Shown: one piece after another, positions 1 to 9,735 of the stretch
Position numbering within the stretch: the first letter of the stretch is position 1
Layout of the letters: every line of letters begins with the position of its first letter
Source: Trichodesmium erythraeum IMS101
Lineage (GTDB): Bacteria; Cyanobacteriota; Cyanobacteriia; Cyanobacteriales; Microcoleaceae
Direction of reading: 5' to 3'
Assembly (NCBI RefSeq): GCF_000014265.1
Contig: NC_008312.1
Location: 4,080,001 to 4,112,000, forward strand
DNA: 32,000 nucleotides
Notes under the pieces: model-generated
What the model was told of the DNA's origin: nothing
The model's database searches: none
Seen by the model: the letters and a program-made list of their open reading frames with translations, nothing else
Translations under genes and position numbers: made by a program

Positions 1-155
1 TTTGAATTTTTTAACCAATCCATATTAACTTCAGGGATGGGGAGACATTCTTAGAGACAGCCACCTAAAATCTATCTCCCATAAATCCGATTTCTAACAG
101 CTTTGAAGCAATGAAAAAATTATTAACAAGTGAGTATTTAAAATATCAAGTATTT

Positions 156-255
156 TAGTTATAAAACATGGTTTAAAATGCAGTTATAAATGTAGTTTAA
201 AATGCAGTTATAAATCTAGTTATAAATCTAGTTATAAAACATAGTTTAAAATATT
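156..255. repeat. Degenerate tandem repeat with a ~12-nt unit (TAGTTATAAAnn alternating with TAGTTTAAAAnn), about 8 units
   Basis: Read directly from the sequence: tagttataaaaca tggtttaaaatgc agttataaatg tagtttaaaatgc agttataaatc tagttataaatc tagttataaaaca tagtttaaaata. There are no unique spacers between units. Confidence 0.8.
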
Positions 256-431
256 AACTTGCAGGGTAAAAAGAAGATACTTAATAATATTATGTTATGC
301 CCGCTGAATTCTGTGAAAAAAATGTTTCATCTTGAGCAACGAGCAAACTTTCTAAATTCTCTTTCCTCCTAATTTATAACCCCTAATTAACTATCTAATT
401 ATACGAATGCTAACGGGTGCATCAGAAAACC

Positions 432-2018
432 CTAAATTCCAAGAGCACAACCATCTTTCCTGGGATCTGAAGCCCCTATTAAGACTCCCGATGGGTCACA
501 AATGACCAACTGAGCCCCTCCTATTGGTGCGATGGGTCTTACTATCTTGTGACCTATGCTTGTCAAAGCTTCCGCTACGTTTTCGTCATAGCCCTCTTCT
601 AGTTTTAAAACCCCGTTAAAGAAAAAACTTCTGGGAAAATTTATTGCTGACTGCGGGTCCATACTGTAGTCAAAAAGATTACTAAGAATGCGAGCATGAC
701 CATAAGGTTGGTAGTCTCCACCCATAACCCCAAAAGCCATGATCATGTCATTTTTACCTTTAAAAATAGCAGGTATGATAGTATGCAAGGGTCTTTTATT
801 TCCTTCAAGTTCATTAGGATGGTTTTTCTCAAGAACAAAACTAGCTCCGCGGTTATGAAAAATGAGACCGTATTTTTCAGAGCATTTTCCAGTACCAAAC
901 GAATCAAAATTTGAAAAAATTAAAGAGATAGCGTTTCCGTCTTTATCTGCAGCAGATATTAAAACGGTATCTTTTGGTTTTTCATCAAAATATTGGATGC
1001 CGCTTCCATCTATTAGTTTGTTGAGAGATATTTGTTGAGCAATTTTTTCCAGAAAAGCTGAGTCTAAAAAGAAGTGTTCTTTAATTTGGGAAAACTTAGG
1101 ATCTCCAATAAAAGCATTTCTGGCAGTATATGCAAGCTTTGCGATCTCTGCCTCTAAGTGTACCCTGTTAGCAGAATATGGAGAATGTTCTTGAATGTTG
1201 CAAATTTCCATGAGTTTCCGGATCATGATAGCAGTTATACCTTGCCCATTAGGAGGCAGCTCAAATAATTTACTTCCATCTTGAAAATTGGAGAAAATTG
1301 GCTCTACATATTCAAATGTCACGTTAGCAAAATCATCTAAAGTGTGAACTCCCCCCAAGTTTTGTAAAGACTTAACAAGATCTTCTGTAACCTCAGACTG
1401 ATAAAACCCTTTTGAGCCATTTTTTTGGATTTTTCTCAAAACTTCCGCTTGCTTTGGAGCTCTAAAAATTGACCCAGTTTCAGGCACTTTACCATCAACC
1501 AAGTAGAATTTTTTGGTGGTTTGAGAAAATTTCAAATTATTTAAGCGCCAGTCAAAAGCCACTCTAGGACTGACTACTACTCCTTCTTCGGCGTATTTAA
1601 TAGATGCTTTACATAATTCTGCTAACCCTAAATTACTGAATTTAAGAGCTAATTCCTCAAATAAGGCTACAGCTCCTGGAAGTGTAATTGAATGCACGCT
1701 GTTAATGGGAATTTTATTCAAGCCTTTTTGGAGGAGCAGATCACTAGATATTGCCTTGGGGGAGTTCCCGGAGCCGTTTATTCCAATGAGTTTATCACTT
1801 TTTTGGGATTTTAAAATGACAAAGGCATCGCCGTAGAGCCCGGTACTTTGTGGTTCACATAAGGTGAGCATCAAAGCGGCGCTGATGGCAGCATCTATGG
1901 CGTTCCCTCCATGGGACATGGTATCAAGACCAATTTTGGCAGCTAGAGGATGAGAAGTTGCTATCATTCCATTCTGTGAAAACACTTCTGATCTTTCGGG
2001 TTTATGAAAATTACGCAT
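432..2018 (-). CDS. ggt: Gamma-glutamyltranspeptidase family protein (Ntn hydrolase, YwrD-like); no obvious signal peptide
   Basis: 528-aa ORF with an ATG start. The N-terminal stretch GMIATSHPLAAKIGLDTMSHGGNAIDAAISA and the DTV...DKDGNAISLI segment (putative Thr nucleophile region) are typical of the GGT family. Confidence 0.85.
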   Translation of the reverse strand: MRNFHKPERSEVFSQNGMIATSHPLAAKIGLDTMSHGGNAIDAAISAALMLTLCEPQSTGLYGDAFVILKSQKSDKLIGINGSGNSPKAISSDLLLQKGLNKIPINSVHSITLPGAVALFEELALKFSNLGLAELCKASIKYAEEGVVVSPRVAFDWRLNNLKFSQTTKKFYLVDGKVPETGSIFRAPKQAEVLRKIQKNGSKGFYQSEVTEDLVKSLQNLGGVHTLDDFANVTFEYVEPIFSNFQDGSKLFELPPNGQGITAIMIRKLMEICNIQEHSPYSANRVHLEAEIAKLAYTARNAFIGDPKFSQIKEHFFLDSAFLEKIAQQISLNKLIDGSGIQYFDEKPKDTVLISAADKDGNAISLIFSNFDSFGTGKCSEKYGLIFHNRGASFVLEKNHPNELEGNKRPLHTIIPAIFKGKNDMIMAFGVMGGDYQPYGHARILSNLFDYSMDPQSAINFPRSFFFNGVLKLEEGYDENVAEALTSIGHKIVRPIAPIGGAQLVICDPSGVLIGASDPRKDGCALGI

Positions 2019-2128
2019 TTTTTTCTATTAGACCCCTCTGAAAATTCATCTCAAACATTTAAATTTAAAAATTATGCATTTTTTTCTATTAGACCCCTCC
2101 GCAAATTCATCTCAAACATTTAAATTTA
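2007..2128. repeat. Tandem duplication, 2 x 61 bp, covering the ggt start codon, its first 4 codons and 49 nt of leader
   Basis: 2007-2067 and 2068-2128 are near-identical, with about 4 mismatches. The upstream copy reads ATG CAT AAT TTT TAA on the minus strand (2079..2065). Confidence 0.9.
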
Positions 2129-2197
2129 ATAGGCTAAAACTTAGTTTCCAGAGAAGTATATTAAAAGAGTACTGAATTTTGACTGTAAAATCCTGTT

Positions 2198-2295
2198 ACT
2201 AAGTTTAGCTGATCATCTTTTTTGTGCGGACTTTTAATTTTTCTTGGAGGCTAATTTTTTCCTTTTTGATAGCTGATAACTGAAACCTGAATATT
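2198..2295 (+). repeat. Dispersed intergenic repeat, copy A (actaagt..agctgatcatctttt..ttttaatt.ttcttRgaggctaa..gctgata)
   Basis: About 75-80% by-eye identity to the reverse complement of 10825-10920. Shorter core matches (ttcttgaaggctaattttt) occur at 12877-12915 and, reverse-complemented, near 30040-30075. Confidence 0.65.
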
Positions 2296-2423
2296 TATGT
2301 AGAAACTTGCCATGAAACCTTCCTACAACCGAAGAATAATTAACACATTCTTGGGGTAATAATCATCAAAAAAGTTATGTTAGTTTCTAGCATTCAGCTG
2401 AATACTTAAATTATTTATGTTTA

Positions 2424-4022
2424 TTACTTACTTTGATTTAAAATCCAAAGTTCCCCAGGATTATAAACTAACTCCATTCGAGAATTTTCTTGTATTTCTA
2501 ATCCAGAAATTAAACTCCATGGAGGACGAAATACAAATACATCAGTGAAACCTTTTGGAACTGTAGGAACTTTCGGTTCTTCAATGAATAAAACTTCCAC
2601 ATCAGGTCTCAACATATACCCGAGAGTAGCTAATCTTACGGAATAATTACTAATAATAAGAGGTTTGTTTGTTTGATTAATTATTCTAGCTACTTCCCCA
2701 TCATAATAACTACTATATTTATTCCACCAAGTCTCAGCTTGAGAACTAATACCACAAGATATAATACCCAAAGAAATGAGAGCTACAGTTGCTATTTTCC
2801 AAAATTTATGTTCGATTTTATTAGTAAAGTTAGTCAATTTTGTTCCTAATAAAAAAGCTACAGATAATTGAATTCCTAGGTAAGCTGGAATTAAATAACG
2901 AGGAATAGTAGAACGTTGCCCTCCAGATATTAAGTCAGGAATTATTAAACATATTGGGGTAACTGCCATTAAGGTTAAGATAAATATAGTTACCCGTCGA
3001 GGTGCATTTTTTAGGAGGAAATAAATAGAGTAAATAACTAATACTAAAATCAATCCCAAGATATAGGGCCAGATAGTATTTAATTGTAACAAAGCATGAT
3101 TATCAAAAACTAGTTTTTTCACATCAAATAATCTCTCAGAGGAACCAATTTGAATATCAAAAAATGTAAAACCAAGATTGATAAACCATCTTTTGAACAA
3201 ACTGGATAAAGGTAAATCTTTGGAGACCCAACCAATGCCTTCAAAATGATTAATTATCAATATAAGCCAAGGTAAAAATCCTAAAAATCCCCAGAAAGAG
3301 GCTAGTAAATAAGCTTTTAATTTTTGGGTTAGTTTAAATTTTTCAATCAGGATTACATATAATCCATGACCAAGGGCTACTAATACAGAAAAGAGATGAG
3401 TATATAAAGCAAAAATGAGACTTGCAATATAAATTTTCCAGCTACGTTTCGTATTAATTCTTATTGCTTGAAGTAAGGCAATACTGGATAGTAAAATAAC
3501 TAGGGAAAAAAGAGTATAAGCTCGTGCTTCCTGGGAATATAATACTAAAATTGGGGAAGCTGCTGTGAGAGAAATTGCTATCCATCCTACTAATGAGTTG
3601 CTAAATAATTCTCGACATAGCCAATAAGTACAGGGAAAAATGAGTAAGCTTGTTATGGCTGAAAAACTTCTAATTACGGTGACAGAATTACCGAATAATT
3701 TTACCCACCACCTCAAAAGTACAAAATAAATTGGTAAGTGTTCAGGATTATCTTTAGCTAGAGAGCTGATAATATTAATTGTGTTTTTCTGAGGATTAAT
3801 TTCTTGATATTTCTGTAATTTTTCGACGGTAATAGTTCCGTCGTTTGAGAGTAGGTCTTCAAGTTCTCCCCTGGTGTAACTAACAATTCTTAAGGATGTA
3901 ATTGTTTCATCGAACCAGTAAACTTTCTGGTCAATATTGATAAATCTGAAACATATTCCTAAGATTAGGATGATGGCAATAAAGATTTTTAACCAAGTAA
4001 AATAAGGTTTTTGTTGGAACAT
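2424..4022 (-). CDS. GT-C fold glycosyltransferase, family 39/83-like (ArnT/PMT_2-like), polytopic membrane protein with a C-terminal soluble domain
   Basis: 532-aa ORF with an ATG start. It has many hydrophobic segments, the YWFDET acidic motif right after TM1, and the segments EHLPIYFVLLRWW and YSQEARAYTL that resemble ArnT-like family signatures. Confidence 0.75.
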   Translation of the reverse strand: MFQQKPYFTWLKIFIAIILILGICFRFINIDQKVYWFDETITSLRIVSYTRGELEDLLSNDGTITVEKLQKYQEINPQKNTINIISSLAKDNPEHLPIYFVLLRWWVKLFGNSVTVIRSFSAITSLLIFPCTYWLCRELFSNSLVGWIAISLTAASPILVLYSQEARAYTLFSLVILLSSIALLQAIRINTKRSWKIYIASLIFALYTHLFSVLVALGHGLYVILIEKFKLTQKLKAYLLASFWGFLGFLPWLILIINHFEGIGWVSKDLPLSSLFKRWFINLGFTFFDIQIGSSERLFDVKKLVFDNHALLQLNTIWPYILGLILVLVIYSIYFLLKNAPRRVTIFILTLMAVTPICLIIPDLISGGQRSTIPRYLIPAYLGIQLSVAFLLGTKLTNFTNKIEHKFWKIATVALISLGIISCGISSQAETWWNKYSSYYDGEVARIINQTNKPLIISNYSVRLATLGYMLRPDVEVLFIEEPKVPTVPKGFTDVFVFRPPWSLISGLEIQENSRMELVYNPGELWILNQSK

Positions 4023-4111
4023 TTTTTAATTAAATTTGAGTAGGAATGCACCACAATAATTTTCCAACGGATGCACAGATAAGGAAGTTAAAAGTGGTTT
4101 TAAGCAAGAGG

Positions 4112-5647
4112 TTATTTATCAGTTACTTTATACATTTGATATAAATTATCCATATAAGTTTTTTCTATTTTTAGACAGTTAAGAGAGTTTTCATTTTCAA
4201 TAATGACATAATTTATTCTATATTTATCAATTAAGTTCTGTAAAGCCTGACATTGAGCTATACCAGAATTATCATAAAATTGTTGTGCCATTAATAATCT
4301 GTTGTGCCATTCAATAACTTCTATATCTTTATAGGGATGAGACTTGAGATTAATTAAAATTGGTGCACCTGTGGCAATTCTAAAGTTAACAAATTTACCT
4401 GAAGTTATAGGAACTAAATAAATATCGTCTGGTTGTTTATTTTCTTTGACATATTCCATAATAATTGGTGTATCTTTCTGATTAATAGTTAATTTTTCTA
4501 ATTGCATTCCCAGCCCTGAAAGAATGAACAGATATATTGCTACGACAGAGAAAATTTCTATGGTTTTTTTGTGTTGCTGAATTTGAGAATGATACTTATT
4601 AAAAATAATAGTAATAATATTAGCCAATATCATACAAGTAGAAAGAGGAACCAAAAAAGCAGAGATGCGCCATGGGGTAAGAAATGCTAAAGTATTACTA
4701 CTAGAAAAAACTTGAGTTATTGTCAGAATAGTTGCGGTGGCAAAAGGAAAAAATAAGATAAAAAATAGTCTGGTTTTGTACAAAAGATAGAGAGCGATCG
4801 CTACTACTAAAATTTGAGTTGGAGCAGCGGGTTCAGTCAACCAAATATCGGGGAAGGAATGATGAGGAATTCTATTAACAAGCAAGCTTTCAGATATTTG
4901 AAAAAGTTCGGGAGATGTAGGTTGAAAAGTAATAGTCATATAACTGACTACTGGTAAAACTAAGATGAATGAAAATGTACCTATTAATAATGATTTTTGG
5001 AGATTTTTTTCATTTTTATAAGTTGTGATCATGTAAGCTAAAGTCAGTAAAGCGGTACTAGGAAGATATGTGGGATGAAAAGTTGCAGCTATCCCTAAAG
5101 CTAAGACTGCTAAAAAAGGTTTTTTTCTTAGAAAGGTATAGATAGAAAAGATAATTAATACTCCAAATGTACAGGGTTGAAAATATCCACCGAGAATGTA
5201 TTGGTCTGCTAAACCATAGTGGAGGTGTACATGAGTTTTAAAGTCAAAAATTCGGATTTTTAGACAGTGAATAGTCAGGATCAGGAGGAAATAAATTAGG
5301 AGCTTTATTCGCGAACTATTAATTTTAAAAATTACTGAGGCAATGCCAAGGATACTATAAATATAGATGCCAAAAATTAGAATGTAATAAAAGTAGAAAA
5401 AATTTTCATGGAAGTAGGTAGAAGTGATTTTCACTAAAAAAGTAAAAGCAGGTAGAGGGTCTAATGTATTGGCTAACCAATCTTTGTTTAAATAACCATT
5501 ACCAGCTTTGGCTAATCCTTGTAAAAATTTAGTATGTTGGTTTGAGGTATATAGGGGATATTGGGTATAGGAAATTCCAAAAATTAAGCCTAAGATAAAA
5601 ATTTTCCAGACGAAAATAATAATTTTTTTTTTGAGTATTTGCTTCAT
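4112..5647 (-). CDS. Large polytopic membrane protein with GT-C-like architecture; family not recognised
   Basis: 511-aa ORF with an ATG start. It has 10 or more hydrophobic segments followed by a ~120-aa soluble C-terminal domain. It is co-oriented and tightly spaced with the flanking GT-C genes. Confidence 0.6.
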   Translation of the reverse strand: MKQILKKKIIIFVWKIFILGLIFGISYTQYPLYTSNQHTKFLQGLAKAGNGYLNKDWLANTLDPLPAFTFLVKITSTYFHENFFYFYYILIFGIYIYSILGIASVIFKINSSRIKLLIYFLLILTIHCLKIRIFDFKTHVHLHYGLADQYILGGYFQPCTFGVLIIFSIYTFLRKKPFLAVLALGIAATFHPTYLPSTALLTLAYMITTYKNEKNLQKSLLIGTFSFILVLPVVSYMTITFQPTSPELFQISESLLVNRIPHHSFPDIWLTEPAAPTQILVVAIALYLLYKTRLFFILFFPFATATILTITQVFSSSNTLAFLTPWRISAFLVPLSTCMILANIITIIFNKYHSQIQQHKKTIEIFSVVAIYLFILSGLGMQLEKLTINQKDTPIIMEYVKENKQPDDIYLVPITSGKFVNFRIATGAPILINLKSHPYKDIEVIEWHNRLLMAQQFYDNSGIAQCQALQNLIDKYRINYVIIENENSLNCLKIEKTYMDNLYQMYKVTDK

Positions 5648-5843
5648 TTTTTAAGTTACTAATACCATTATCTAGAAGTTACAATTAATGGATAAAAAAG
5701 TTAATAATAGAGAAAAAATATGAAAAAAAATCTAAATTAATTATTGATTATCAGTTGAAGTATTCTATTGTCTCAAAGTTAAAAGCTTGACATACATCAG
5801 ACTTTATTTACTATACTTTTCCTTCTTCCTTTTTCCTTTTTCC

Positions 5844-7607
5844 TTATTCAATACATTTAGCTTCCAAAACCCATAATTTTTCTGTTTCTAAAACTGAACA
5901 TTTATCTATAGTGTCAACTATGGCAGGAGTCTTTCCATTTTGGAGATTAATTTCAATTTGATTTCCCATTTGATAATACCACTGCCTCAACCAACGATTT
6001 TTTATTACATATTCTGGCATAAATGCTTCTCGGTCTAAGATTAAGAAATCAATTCTATAAGTATTAATAAAATTCTTCATCCACTGAATATCTGAATGAT
6101 ACTGAGCCCAAACAAATTCTGTAGCTCGTTGTTTTATTTGACTGTAATAACTAAGATGATAGGGAATAGCATATTCCCAGGCAAATAATACGGAACGTTG
6201 AGAAAATGTAGGAATATAATTTGCCTCTTCTGACAGAGAAGCAATCAAAATATCTTTTGGTTTTTGAGCAAAAAACTGATAAATTTCTGGGGATTTACCT
6301 TTTTGATAATCAGGGTAAGAAATTTTTTTCCATAAGCTCATATTACTTATTAATAAAATCCCCAAAATCCCAATTATTATTAATCCTAAAATTTTTCTTT
6401 TTGGGCAGGATAACTGTTGATTTATCCAGTAAAAAAATCTATCTAAAATTATACATAAAACAATGGCAGTGCCTATGGCTAATACTATCCGAAAACTATG
6501 ATTTGTGTAACGACTTGGTAAATGTAATTTGAATAATAAAAGATGAGCTATTACAAATAAAGCGACGCCAGCTAACAATATTTGAAATAATAAATTAATA
6601 TTAGGACTTATTTGTTTTAGCAAGGGAAGTTGTCTGGGGAAATTTATTCCATGATCAAGATTATTATTTTTCCCTTCTTTGCTTTTCAAAAGTATTGGTA
6701 ATAATAATCCAACTATTAATATATGAGGCAGAAATAATTGTTTAGGTAGAATACCACTACGACCGCCAAGGATGAAAAAATCCCAGTAATTTTGTGAGAA
6801 AAAAACACTTCTACCAGCTTCGCCAAATTCTGGCAAAATTTTGGCTTGGGATGCTGTAATTATAGGTGCATAATTACTAGAATTTAAAACATAAAATAAA
6901 ATTACTAGTAAGCTTACTCCTAAACCTACTCCACTAAATAGATAATGCTGTGGATTTTTGCTCAGATAAAACTGACTCTTTTCCCAGTTAAAAATTCTGA
7001 TAATTAAAATTAATCCAGTGACGATAACATATTGTGGATAGAATAATCCGAGGAGAGCGATCGCTACTAAAAAAGGAAGTAATAATTTTCGCAATAAATA
7101 GTATAAAACTGCTAAAAATAAAGGATACAAAAAAGCTCTTGGTGTGCCGGAAGCGATGTCATCTTGAAACCAAAGATTTTGACTTAATAATACTGAGGCA
7201 AGAAAACCTGCAAAAGGTATTGGCAATATCTGAAAACACAGACCAAAACAATAGAAAGTAGTTACCAAACTTAATCCTAAAGGTAAGAGTTTATTTAGGA
7301 ATATTGGATCTATTCCTACTTGAGAAAATAGCCAATAAAAAGTTTTATATCCCCAAGGTGCAACAGATTGAAAATAGTCGGCAATTAAGTCGTTGGGAAA
7401 TAATTCTGGATCTAAAAAACGGCGCATCCAAAAAACGTGCTGTCTGGCATCATCTTGTACTATATATTCTCCTCTAAAAGCTTCTTTAATTACTAGTAAA
7501 CTATAGATTGTTGTGAAGGTTAAACTAAGAATTAGCCAGAATATTGTTGACGATTTTTTTGGATAATTTGATGGGATTAAAATTTGTTTAATCTTTTGAA
7601 TATACAT
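5844..7607 (-). CDS. Large polytopic membrane protein with GT-C-like architecture (DD acidic pair after TM1)
   Basis: 587-aa ORF with an ATG start. VQDDARQHVFWMRRF follows the first TM segment. There are many TM segments and a ~130-aa soluble C-terminal domain. Confidence 0.6.
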   Translation of the reverse strand: MYIQKIKQILIPSNYPKKSSTIFWLILSLTFTTIYSLLVIKEAFRGEYIVQDDARQHVFWMRRFLDPELFPNDLIADYFQSVAPWGYKTFYWLFSQVGIDPIFLNKLLPLGLSLVTTFYCFGLCFQILPIPFAGFLASVLLSQNLWFQDDIASGTPRAFLYPLFLAVLYYLLRKLLLPFLVAIALLGLFYPQYVIVTGLILIIRIFNWEKSQFYLSKNPQHYLFSGVGLGVSLLVILFYVLNSSNYAPIITASQAKILPEFGEAGRSVFFSQNYWDFFILGGRSGILPKQLFLPHILIVGLLLPILLKSKEGKNNNLDHGINFPRQLPLLKQISPNINLLFQILLAGVALFVIAHLLLFKLHLPSRYTNHSFRIVLAIGTAIVLCIILDRFFYWINQQLSCPKRKILGLIIIGILGILLISNMSLWKKISYPDYQKGKSPEIYQFFAQKPKDILIASLSEEANYIPTFSQRSVLFAWEYAIPYHLSYYSQIKQRATEFVWAQYHSDIQWMKNFINTYRIDFLILDREAFMPEYVIKNRWLRQWYYQMGNQIEINLQNGKTPAIVDTIDKCSVLETEKLWVLEAKCIE

Positions 7608-7745
7608 AATTTTTATTACTCATTCCTGCTCTTGATAAAGACTAAAATTACCACATGTATTTGTTCATACATGTACAGATTAATTATTCAATTATCTCAG
7701 CAGGATAAAAATTTTTGATGCATAGAGATAAGGAAAGACTTGATT

Positions 7746-9296
7746 CTAATTTCGGTAACTCATGTCGTATAAATATACATAAGATCCAGGTTTTTCAAAA
7801 GTATCTATTCTGAGACCAATTTCATTTAAATAATAGTTTAAAAATCTTCTTTCTGCTGGAATATGAGTATGAGAAAATAATAACCATACTCTTTCATTCC
7901 CCCGCAGTTTGTCTAAGTCTTTTTCATATCTTGTCATCTCAGTAATTGATAATTCTTGACCATCAAACTTATCTAAATCATCCACACCAATAATATAGTC
8001 ACCTTCTTGATAACCATATTTTTCTGCATAATACTGAAACTGATATATTCCTCGTTGATAGACATACAAAATATCTCCTGGTTGTTGATTTTTTTTGATA
8101 TAGCTCAACACAGGTTTTATTTCTGATAAATTGAGAGGTTTTTCTATTAATTTAATGGCTTTTACTAAAGGTTGTCTGAGTAATAAAATAATCAAGAAAA
8201 TAGTTATAATTTTAATTGGTCTAAATTTAGATTTTGTCAAAATATAACTTCCGCCTTCTGCTATGAGAAAAATTACAAATGGTGTGAGAAATAGAACCAA
8301 ACGACTCCGAAATGGGTATTGATGTAAAAAGGATGCTAAAAAAGTCATCAACAATGGAGAAAGTAGGAGCAGCAAAATTTTTTTTCTGCTCAACCAACAG
8401 GAAATACAACCTACTAAAAAAGCGACAATGGCTAATCCATCAACCCATTTGCTAAAGCCTAAGGGTTTATAGAAAAATTTACCGAAAGCGTCTAGCATCC
8501 AAATAATATCCAATGGGGAAGTAGGGAAACCATCCTCCCAAGAAGTCGTTAAAGTTTCATTGCTCGTTAAATTTATCAAAGATAGGAAATAAAAGATGGC
8601 AAAACTTAAAACCCAAGCTGAATAAATGAGTAATAACTGTTTGATTTTACTGAGTTCTTTCTGCCAAAAATTAATTAGTAAAGCACTACTACCAAAACTT
8701 GCCAAAATAAAGATAGAAGGATGAGAAAACCAAATAGCAGTTACTCCCACTAGAGAATATTTAACTATCTGAACCCGGTGCAATTTTTGTTGTAGCAAAG
8801 GTATTAATAGTACATATAAAAGCAGAGCGATCGCTACATCACTGGAATATTGTTTGACTTCTGCTGAGTAATACACTAAATATTGTAGGCTAGCAAATAA
8901 AGCCAAACTAATAATAATAGCAGATTTAGAACTCCATTTTTTGCCTAATTCATAGAATAAAAACAACGAGCAAACACCACAGATAAAAGGAAAAAAACGT
9001 AGGGAATACTCATTATTACCTAATATCTGAACTGCTAATTTTTCTACTATTAAAAAACCTATGGGCGCACCTTGATCATAATCCAAAGGTTGCATTAATT
9101 CTAAATAAGAACGATTGACAATATTTAAGGCTAAAACTGCTTCATCTGCCCAGAGAGAACGATTAGATAAATATTGAATAAACCTCATAGCTACCCCAAA
9201 AGCAATAATTAAATAAGGTAGTGTTGGCCTGTTAAATAAAAATTTGAAATCTGCTAAACCTAAATTTTGAAACTTTTTATATCTAAGAATTTTCAT
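7746..9296 (-). CDS. GT-C fold glycosyltransferase, family 39-like (ArnT-like) membrane protein
   Basis: The ORF track starts at a TTG (9311). The in-frame ATG at 9296 (MKILRYKK...), preceded by GAGG, is the more likely start. It has the LWADEA acidic motif after TM1, many TM segments and a soluble C-terminal domain. Confidence 0.75.
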   Translation of the reverse strand: MKILRYKKFQNLGLADFKFLFNRPTLPYLIIAFGVAMRFIQYLSNRSLWADEAVLALNIVNRSYLELMQPLDYDQGAPIGFLIVEKLAVQILGNNEYSLRFFPFICGVCSLFLFYELGKKWSSKSAIIISLALFASLQYLVYYSAEVKQYSSDVAIALLLYVLLIPLLQQKLHRVQIVKYSLVGVTAIWFSHPSIFILASFGSSALLINFWQKELSKIKQLLLIYSAWVLSFAIFYFLSLINLTSNETLTTSWEDGFPTSPLDIIWMLDAFGKFFYKPLGFSKWVDGLAIVAFLVGCISCWLSRKKILLLLLSPLLMTFLASFLHQYPFRSRLVLFLTPFVIFLIAEGGSYILTKSKFRPIKIITIFLIILLLRQPLVKAIKLIEKPLNLSEIKPVLSYIKKNQQPGDILYVYQRGIYQFQYYAEKYGYQEGDYIIGVDDLDKFDGQELSITEMTRYEKDLDKLRGNERVWLLFSHTHIPAERRFLNYYLNEIGLRIDTFEKPGSYVYLYDMSYRN

Positions 9297-9460
9297 CCTC
9301 AACTCCAGCAAAAAATAAGAAAAATTACCCTAATCAAATAAGGTAGTATTGGCCTGTTAAATAAAAATTTGAAATCTGCTAAACCTAAATTTTGAAACTT
9401 TTTATATCTAAGAATTTTCATCCTCAACTCCAGCAAAAAATAAGAAGAATTACCCTAGAT
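9211..9460. repeat. Tandem duplication, 2 x 125 bp, covering the first 86 nt of the 7746-9296 CDS plus 39 nt upstream
   Basis: 9211-9335 and 9336-9460 are about 97% identical by eye. The distal copy forms a 40-codon ORF (9421..9299, minus strand) whose TGA ends 2 nt before the authentic ATG. Confidence 0.9.
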
Positions 9461-9735
9461 AAAATATCAAAATTAATCTCCTATAAAAAAGGTTCAGTAA
9501 TGTTTTAATAATTATAGGTATTAAGCTAATATATATTATATAATTCCGGATTTTAATTGATAATTTTTTTTTATTTTACGAGATTTAATTATAACTATTC
9601 AGCCAGAAATTATCTTATTTATAATAACCCTATTCCCTAGCCTAATGATAATTTTTTTATGAACTTTAATACTAACTATATTCTCTATTATCAAGAAAAT
9701 ATAGCAATACTTTTGATATTTAGTCTAACTTGGTA

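Noticed and set aside
156-255. Possible CRISPR array
   Set aside because: The units are about 12 nt and directly abutting, with no unique spacers and no palindromic 24-40-nt repeat. No cas genes are in the window.
696-914. 72-aa plus-strand ORF inside ggt
   Set aside because: It lies entirely antisense within a well-supported 528-aa CDS, and its sequence is not protein-like. The same reasoning applies to the other shadow ORFs: 6221-6532, 7034-7261, 8227-8409, 22622-22807, 27206-27430, 28977-29174 and 29541-29729.
432-2018. GGT as a periplasmic partner of the neighbouring glycosylation block
   Set aside because: The protein has no signal peptide. It is separated from the block by a 400-bp repeat-filled spacer. 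No known functional link exists, so adjacency is probably incidental.
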